Positions 59,148-64,000 of a DNA stretch of 64,000 nucleotides are shown here, piece by piece. A program made the translations under genes and the position numbers. Origin of the DNA: Terriglobia bacterium (GTDB lineage: Bacteria > Acidobacteriota > Terriglobia > Terriglobales > Acidobacteriaceae); assembly GCA_963795245.1 (NCBI GenBank), contig CAWCHA010000003.1, positions 212,649-276,648 of the forward strand, in the 5' to 3' direction. The notes under the pieces were generated by a model. The model was not told where the DNA came from, made no database searches, and was given only the letters and a program-made list of their open reading frames with translations. The number at the start of each line of letters is the position of its first letter. The stretch's first letter is position 1.

Positions 59148-60071
59148 CTAGCTTTTTGAAGTACTGCGGCGGGATACTCTGGTGGGACGCGACGGATTGA
59201 CAGTTGCCACGCGGTCCCGAGGAATCACCGGAGCCTTGGGCTGGGCCAGTTGGATCAGGGACCGGGTGCCGACTCGAATGAAATCCAGTTCTCGCGCGGA
59301 CTGAAGGGCGTTAATCGCTTCTTTGACCCGGGAGCGGGGGACAAAATTTCCGAAGAACGATTCCACTTCCTGCTGGTCGGCGGCAATGACGCAATCCAGA
59401 TATTTGGACAGCAATGCCGAAAGCGCGGCGCCTACCGACAGGGAGATCCCTTCGCGGACGGCATCTGGAGCCCAGCGATAGAGCACGTCCCATGACGCAC
59501 CATCTTCCGGCGTGTAATCCACGCGCGTGATGCGGAGTTTGGACCAGAGTTCCCCGAGAGCGTGGTCCAGGGCAACGAACGAAACACTTCCGCCCAGGTC
59601 TTCCCGCATCTTTTGTTTCGAGATGGGCCCGGCGCGACGGATCAGTTCGAAGGCGTCGCAGGCCAGGGGAGAGTATTCCGAACGCGGCTTGGGCTGTGGC
59701 GCCTGTTTGGGATTGCGTTCGCCCACCAGTGCATAGAAGTAAGGAAAGATCGAGCCCGCCACCAGGAAAGCGTTGTTCTCTTCGAACTGGTTGGCTTCGT
59801 ATGCGTCATGATTGCGTAGCAGACGCACCATCACTTCGGTAGCTTCGACGGCTCGCGGATCGGCATAAGCATGCTGCTGCCTGGGCAGATTCTTGTCCGA
59901 CCCGTTCCATGCGCCGATGAAAGTCGGCGCCAGCAACGGCTTGCGCATGGGATACATCAGGCAAAATCCCACCGACTCGACAAAACGGCGAGCATCGTCA
60001 AGCGTGCGCACGAAAGCGCCGCCCAGGTGCCACTTGTCGCGCCGGAGTTGGTCAAGTTCCTGGTCAGTCAT
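59148..60071 (-). CDS. hypothetical protein, possible winged-helix content
   Basis: 307-aa ORF MTDQELDQLRRDKWHLGGAFVRTLDDARRFVESVGFCLMYP..ISKQKMREDLGGSVSFVALDHALGELWSKLRITRV. The family is not confidently recognised. Confidence 0.65.
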   Translation of the reverse strand: MTDQELDQLRRDKWHLGGAFVRTLDDARRFVESVGFCLMYPMRKPLLAPTFIGAWNGSDKNLPRQQHAYADPRAVEATEVMVRLLRNHDAYEANQFEENNAFLVAGSIFPYFYALVGERNPKQAPQPKPRSEYSPLACDAFELIRRAGPISKQKMREDLGGSVSFVALDHALGELWSKLRITRVDYTPEDGASWDVLYRWAPDAVREGISLSVGAALSALLSKYLDCVIAADQQEVESFFGNFVPRSRVKEAINALQSARELDFIRVGTRSLIQLAQPKAPVIPRDRVATVNPSRPTRVSRRSTSKS

Positions 60072-60132
60072 AAAAGTTGGCTGGAATCTGTTGGCGCGAG
60101 GTCTCGGTCACGCGAGTCAATCTGAAGGATTC

Positions 60133-60163
60133 GCTAAAGCTAAGGCTAAAAGCTAGTAGCTGC
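60133..60163. repeat. family F word block
   Basis: gctaaagctaaggctaaaagctagtagctgc, ending 4 nt before the mutL stop. Confidence 0.7.
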
Positions 60164-60166
60164 TTC

Positions 60167-62194
60167 TCAAATCCTCTTGAACGCCTTCTGAATGTCCTTC
60201 ATTGAGTATCGCAGAACTACCGGCCTTCCGTGCGGACAGGTCATGGGACAGTCGGTTTTTGCTAACTCCACCAGCAGCCATTCCATTTTGTTTTGTTCCA
60301 GCGGCATATTGACCTTGATGGCGGCGTGACAGGCGATGGAGGCGGCGATGCGCCCGCGGATCTTCTCCAGGTTCAGGGCTTGCTCTTCCTGGCAAAACTG
60401 GTCGAGCAGTTCGTGCAGCATGTGTTCTACAGCATGACCGTCGATGCCGGCGGGCGCGATCTTCACCGCTACGCTGCGGGCGCCGAAGGGCTCGACTTCG
60501 AATCCGTTTTTCGCCAACTCATCGGCAATCTCGGTGAAAACGGCTTGCTGCGCGGGCGTCAGTTCGAGTATCAGCGGCAGCAGCAGGCGCTGGCTTTCAA
60601 CTTTTTGTGCCGCGCGCTGTCTCAGGATCTTTTCGAACAGCACTCGTTCGTGAGCAACGTGCTGGTCGACAATCCAGAGACCCTCGGGATTTACCGCCAG
60701 GATGAACGAGTCGCGAATCTGTCCCAGCGGTTTCAGGGAAGCCAGGGCCGGGGCCAGGTCGCTCAGGTCCACTGCCTCGTCCGGGATCGGCGGAGCGCAA
60801 GTGTCGTTAAGTATCGGCTCGGCGGGCGCGGGCTGGGGAGCGCGAACCAGAGAGAGGGCAGCGTTGCCGTCGACGGAGATACCTTCTCCAAACTGGAAAC
60901 GTTCGTTGATGGGCGGCGGAACCGGCGCCTGAAGGCTGAACGGCTGCGCCGCGGTTGCCGGGTAGGGCGAGCGCCATGCGGCATCGGGAGAATCGGGTCG
61001 TCCACCCGGCGACTCCGCGACCAGCGACGGACTCGCAGTTGGATGCGCTCTGATCTCCACCGCGAATTGCGGCACCGGGCGGGCTTTCATCAGGGCGGCG
61101 CGGACCGATTCGCGTACGAAATCGTGCATCACGCTCTGCTGGCGAAACCGGACTTCCGTCTTTGAAGGATGCACATTCACGTCGACTTCACCGGTAGGCA
61201 AATCAAGGAAGAGCAGCACCACCGGGAAAACCGTGGGCGGCAGGATGTTGCGGTAAGCCTCGATGATGGCGTGCTGGATCAGGCGGTCGCGGATGAGGCG
61301 TCCGTTGACGAACACATAGATTGAGTTGCGATTCAGCTTCTGTATTTCGGGCTTGGAAACGAAACCGTGTACCCGGAATTCGCCGAAGGCCGGCTTTTCT
61401 TCTTCAGCAATCGCTTCGTTCTCCAGCTTTTCGCGGACGGGGGCCGCACTTTGGGGCTCTTCTTTACGGCGCCAGGGTGGGGGTTGAGGCAGGCCAATTC
61501 TCTCCAGCGGTTGCACCGCCGCTACCGGAATCAGCTGGTCGAGCACTTCCTTGCCAAAGACCTGGTAGACGCGCTCGCTGTATCCCGCAACCGGCGGCGC
61601 AACCAGCATGGCGTTGGTGGCGGAGTGTAGTTCGAAGTGCTTGTCGGGATGCGCCAGGGCGTAGTGCGTCACCAGCGAGGCGATGTGAGAGAGTTCGGTC
61701 GATTCCGCCTTCAGAAATTTCTTGCGCGCCGGAATATTGAAGAAGAGGTCGCGGACCTCGATCGAGGTTCCCGCCGGCAGGCCGGCCTCTTCCACTTTGA
61801 ACATCTTGCCGCCATTGATCTCGATGACCGTTCCGGAAGCTTCTTCCGGCGCGCGGGTTTCCAGCCGCAGTCGGGATACCGACGCGATCGTGGGTAGAGC
61901 TTCTCCGCGGAAGCCCAGGGTTGCGACGCTCAGCAAGTCTTCCGCGTTCCTGATTTTCGACGTGGCATGACGCTCGAAAGCCAGCAGAGCGTCGTCGCGC
62001 ACCATGCCGCACCCGTTGTCGGTGATCTGGATAAGCTTTTTGCCGCCGGCTTCCACCTGGATTCGGATGCGGGTGGCCCCGGCGTCGAGTGAATTTTCCA
62101 GCAGTTCCTTGGCTACCGAGGCAGGGCGCTCCACCACTTCGCCAGCGGCGATCTTGTTGGCAACGTTTTCGGAAAGAACGTGGATTCTGCCCAT
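60167..62194 (-). CDS. mutL: DNA mismatch repair endonuclease MutL
   Basis: ORF 60167-62428. The real start is MGRIHVLSENVANKIAAGEVVERPASVAKELLENSLDAGAT at 62194, since upstream codons translate repeat E. The C-terminal VDQHVAHERVLFE fits the endonuclease motif. Confidence 0.9.
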   Translation of the reverse strand: MGRIHVLSENVANKIAAGEVVERPASVAKELLENSLDAGATRIRIQVEAGGKKLIQITDNGCGMVRDDALLAFERHATSKIRNAEDLLSVATLGFRGEALPTIASVSRLRLETRAPEEASGTVIEINGGKMFKVEEAGLPAGTSIEVRDLFFNIPARKKFLKAESTELSHIASLVTHYALAHPDKHFELHSATNAMLVAPPVAGYSERVYQVFGKEVLDQLIPVAAVQPLERIGLPQPPPWRRKEEPQSAAPVREKLENEAIAEEEKPAFGEFRVHGFVSKPEIQKLNRNSIYVFVNGRLIRDRLIQHAIIEAYRNILPPTVFPVVLLFLDLPTGEVDVNVHPSKTEVRFRQQSVMHDFVRESVRAALMKARPVPQFAVEIRAHPTASPSLVAESPGGRPDSPDAAWRSPYPATAAQPFSLQAPVPPPINERFQFGEGISVDGNAALSLVRAPQPAPAEPILNDTCAPPIPDEAVDLSDLAPALASLKPLGQIRDSFILAVNPEGLWIVDQHVAHERVLFEKILRQRAAQKVESQRLLLPLILELTPAQQAVFTEIADELAKNGFEVEPFGARSVAVKIAPAGIDGHAVEHMLHELLDQFCQEEQALNLEKIRGRIAASIACHAAIKVNMPLEQNKMEWLLVELAKTDCPMTCPHGRPVVLRYSMKDIQKAFKRI

Positions 62195-62269
62195 GATGGC
62201 CGGGAGTGGAGCGCTGTCAGTTTCGCAGATGAAGGGCTGAAGAAGCAAAGCACGAACAGGCGCGGGTGA

Positions 62270-62457
62270 AAAACGTCGTTGGTCTTTGGTCTTTGGTCGT
62301 GGGTCGTGGGTCGTTGGTCTTTGGCCAACAACGGCGTGCAGGTTTTGAAGAATTTTGAGAAATACCGACCGCCGCCTTGCAATGCGGCCGCCGAGTCCCA
62401 GAGATTTTTTGGTTTGGCCAACGACCAACGGCCATGACCAAAGGCCAACGACGTTTT
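62270..62457. repeat. palindromic intergenic element, family E (long form)
   Basis: The termini aaaacgtcgttgg (62270-62282) and ccaacgacgtttt (62445-62457) are perfect inverted repeats. The arms are tandem ggtctttgg/ggtcgtggg words and their complements. Confidence 0.85.
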
Positions 62458-62468
62458 TCTCTCAGCCT

Positions 62469-63434
62469 CTACAAGTGAAATTCCACCGAAAGAGTGGTCT
62501 CAACCGCCGTGGCTTCGCCACGCACGCGATAGGGGCGGAAGCGCCACCATCGGGCTGCGTCCATGGCGGCCGACACGAATGCATCGGGACCGCTGCGCGG
62601 ATGCAGATTTACCACGGTACCGTCGGCGGCAATCATTGCGTCGAGCATCACGACGCCCTGAAGATTGGCGCGGCGAGCGGCTTCGGGATAGGCCGGCTCG
62701 ACTCGGCGGATGAGCAACCGCTCCATCACTTCCGGAGGAACTTTGGCGGCGGGCAGTTGCGCGTGTACGTCCTTTTTCGCGGTGCGCGCTTCCAACTGCT
62801 GCCATCCGCGATGCCATTGCCATCCCGCCCAGGCTCCTACCACGACCAGCAGCAGCACAGTCAGCCGCAACAGGCGGGTGGCGTAGGCGTCGCTGGCCTG
62901 CCGCGAAACCGGTTGCCTCCGCGTTTGTGCGGCGGGGACCGGAAGCGCGGAGGTTGTTTTCGCCGCGAAAGAAGGGGCCGTGGCAGCATGCATGGGGACG
63001 GCAGTTGGTGCGGCGGCCGGGACCGAAACCGCTGTGGAGGTGGACACCGAAACCGGCACCACCGGTTCTACCGACGATTTCAGGGGCGGGCTGTTTCCCG
63101 CCCAGCTCCGGATCATGGAGCGCTGGTCCGCAGACAATCCCTGAAACTCGAATCCGCAGCGAAGGTGATTGTGGTGCCTTACGACCGCTTTGGTCTGGAG
63201 CACTTGACCGGCGTTGGGTAAATGGAACTGAACTCCGACCGATTCCCCCAGTTGAAGTTCAGCCGCCAGCACTGCGGCCACGCCGCCTTCTCCGAGGTCG
63301 AGCGAACGTCCGGGAATGCTGGCCGACGCTCCGGAACGGAGCACGGTGATATCCACGGGGATGGCGACCGGGTAGCGGGGAATGCGGCGCCGCACGCCGC
63401 TCATGCCCGATAGAGGGTGTCCCGAAGCGCTCAT
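62469..63434 (-). CDS. PilZ domain - TM - TonB C-terminal domain fusion protein
   Basis: 321-aa ORF. N-terminal PilZ motifs RRIPR (RxxxR) and DLGEGG (DxSxxG-like). TM LLRLTVLLLVVVGAWAGW. C-terminal VEPAYPEAARRANLQGVVMLDAMIAADGTVVNL..AAMDAARWWRFRPY (TonB_C). Confidence 0.8.
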   Translation of the reverse strand: MSASGHPLSGMSGVRRRIPRYPVAIPVDITVLRSGASASIPGRSLDLGEGGVAAVLAAELQLGESVGVQFHLPNAGQVLQTKAVVRHHNHLRCGFEFQGLSADQRSMIRSWAGNSPPLKSSVEPVVPVSVSTSTAVSVPAAAPTAVPMHAATAPSFAAKTTSALPVPAAQTRRQPVSRQASDAYATRLLRLTVLLLVVVGAWAGWQWHRGWQQLEARTAKKDVHAQLPAAKVPPEVMERLLIRRVEPAYPEAARRANLQGVVMLDAMIAADGTVVNLHPRSGPDAFVSAAMDAARWWRFRPYRVRGEATAVETTLSVEFHL

Positions 63435-63651
63435 AAATTCTGGTCGCCGTTCAAGTCGATGTTGCGGTGGATCACTGCTCGATCCGAGCCTTCAGGGTCC
63501 GACGCAGCGGCGGGCTTCACACTGGTCTGTCAGTACCGGGCGGGACGCCCGTACTTGATGGCTCCATAAAGTTATAGCCCGGAGCAAGACTCCGGGCCAT
63601 GTTCCATTCGTCCATTACAACTTGCGCAGAAGGACTGTGCCCTCCCACGAC

Positions 63652-63900
63652 TTAAGGCCAGCGCTTGGCAGTGTCCTCCCACCCGGCGGCGCGGGCGGCT
63701 TGCGGAGCGACGTTGACCGTCGGCTGTGGAATGCGGATGGGCTGCTGCGCGGATGGCGTCGTGGTCAAAGTAGGCTTGTCGCTGCCGGCTTCTTTATCCT
63801 CGGAAAGCAGGGGAGCGGCCACTCGCAATGCCTCTACTTCCTTTTCCAGCCGGGACAGCTCAAGTTCTTTCTGTCTCAAAACTTCATAAACGTTCTTCAT
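63652..63900 (-). CDS. small coiled-coil protein
   Basis: ORF 63652-63999. The likely start is MKNVYEVLRQKELELSRLEKEVEALRVAAPLL at 63900. Confidence 0.5.
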   Translation of the reverse strand: MKNVYEVLRQKELELSRLEKEVEALRVAAPLLSEDKEAGSDKPTLTTTPSAQQPIRIPQPTVNVAPQAARAAGWEDTAKRWP

Positions 63901-64000
63901 GCGTCTGCACCTGGAGAGTAACGGAAATTTTAGACGGTTAAGTCGAACTTTATCAGTTGTTTCGGTTTTGTCAAGAACGAAGAAGCCGGACGCGAACACA

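Overview
High-GC chromosomal segment with an Acidobacteriota (Terriglobia-like) gene repertoire: three TIGR03436-type VWA paralogues, a CarboxypepD_reg-type TonB-dependent receptor, a Ser/Thr kinase fused to a TolB-like beta-propeller, MglA and PilT. I support about 50 protein genes, mostly housekeeping: acyl-CoA dehydrogenase, amiC-like amidase, alaS, recX, pilT, ilvE, rluD, lgt, zapA, pheS/pheT, rplT-rpmI-infC, mtaB, rpsU, cmk and mutL. There is one tRNA-Thr(CGU), one candidate 6S RNA, and no rRNA, CRISPR array, transposase, integrase or prophage genes. Four things stand out. (1) Nearly every intergenic spacer holds a copy of one of about ten families of palindromic 50-200 bp repeat elements. 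The same words also occur in frame inside mtaB and possibly alaS, and one copy supplies the cmk stop codon. (2) There are many single-nucleotide frameshifts, several of them at short homopolymers. They affect alaS (two compensating shifts), a DUF1254/DUF1214 gene, a Phd/VapC module, a VWA gene, two signal peptides and an M13 peptidase remnant. They could be assembly indels or real decay, and the sequence alone cannot decide. (3) Several architectures are unusual: a PilZ-TM-TonB_C fusion, an orphan mglA bracketed by repeats next to the kinase, a stand-alone Clp D2 ATPase, a Tat-signal SelA-like PLP enzyme, a PheT lacking its B2 domain, and an 11-mer-repeat LEA-like secreted protein inserted between recX and alaS. 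(4) A roughly 210-nt rod-with-central-bubble RNA with its own promoter lies downstream of zapA and is a candidate 6S RNA. I found no clear multi-gene defence or mobile system. The repeat-element phenomenon is the most unusual signal I can support.
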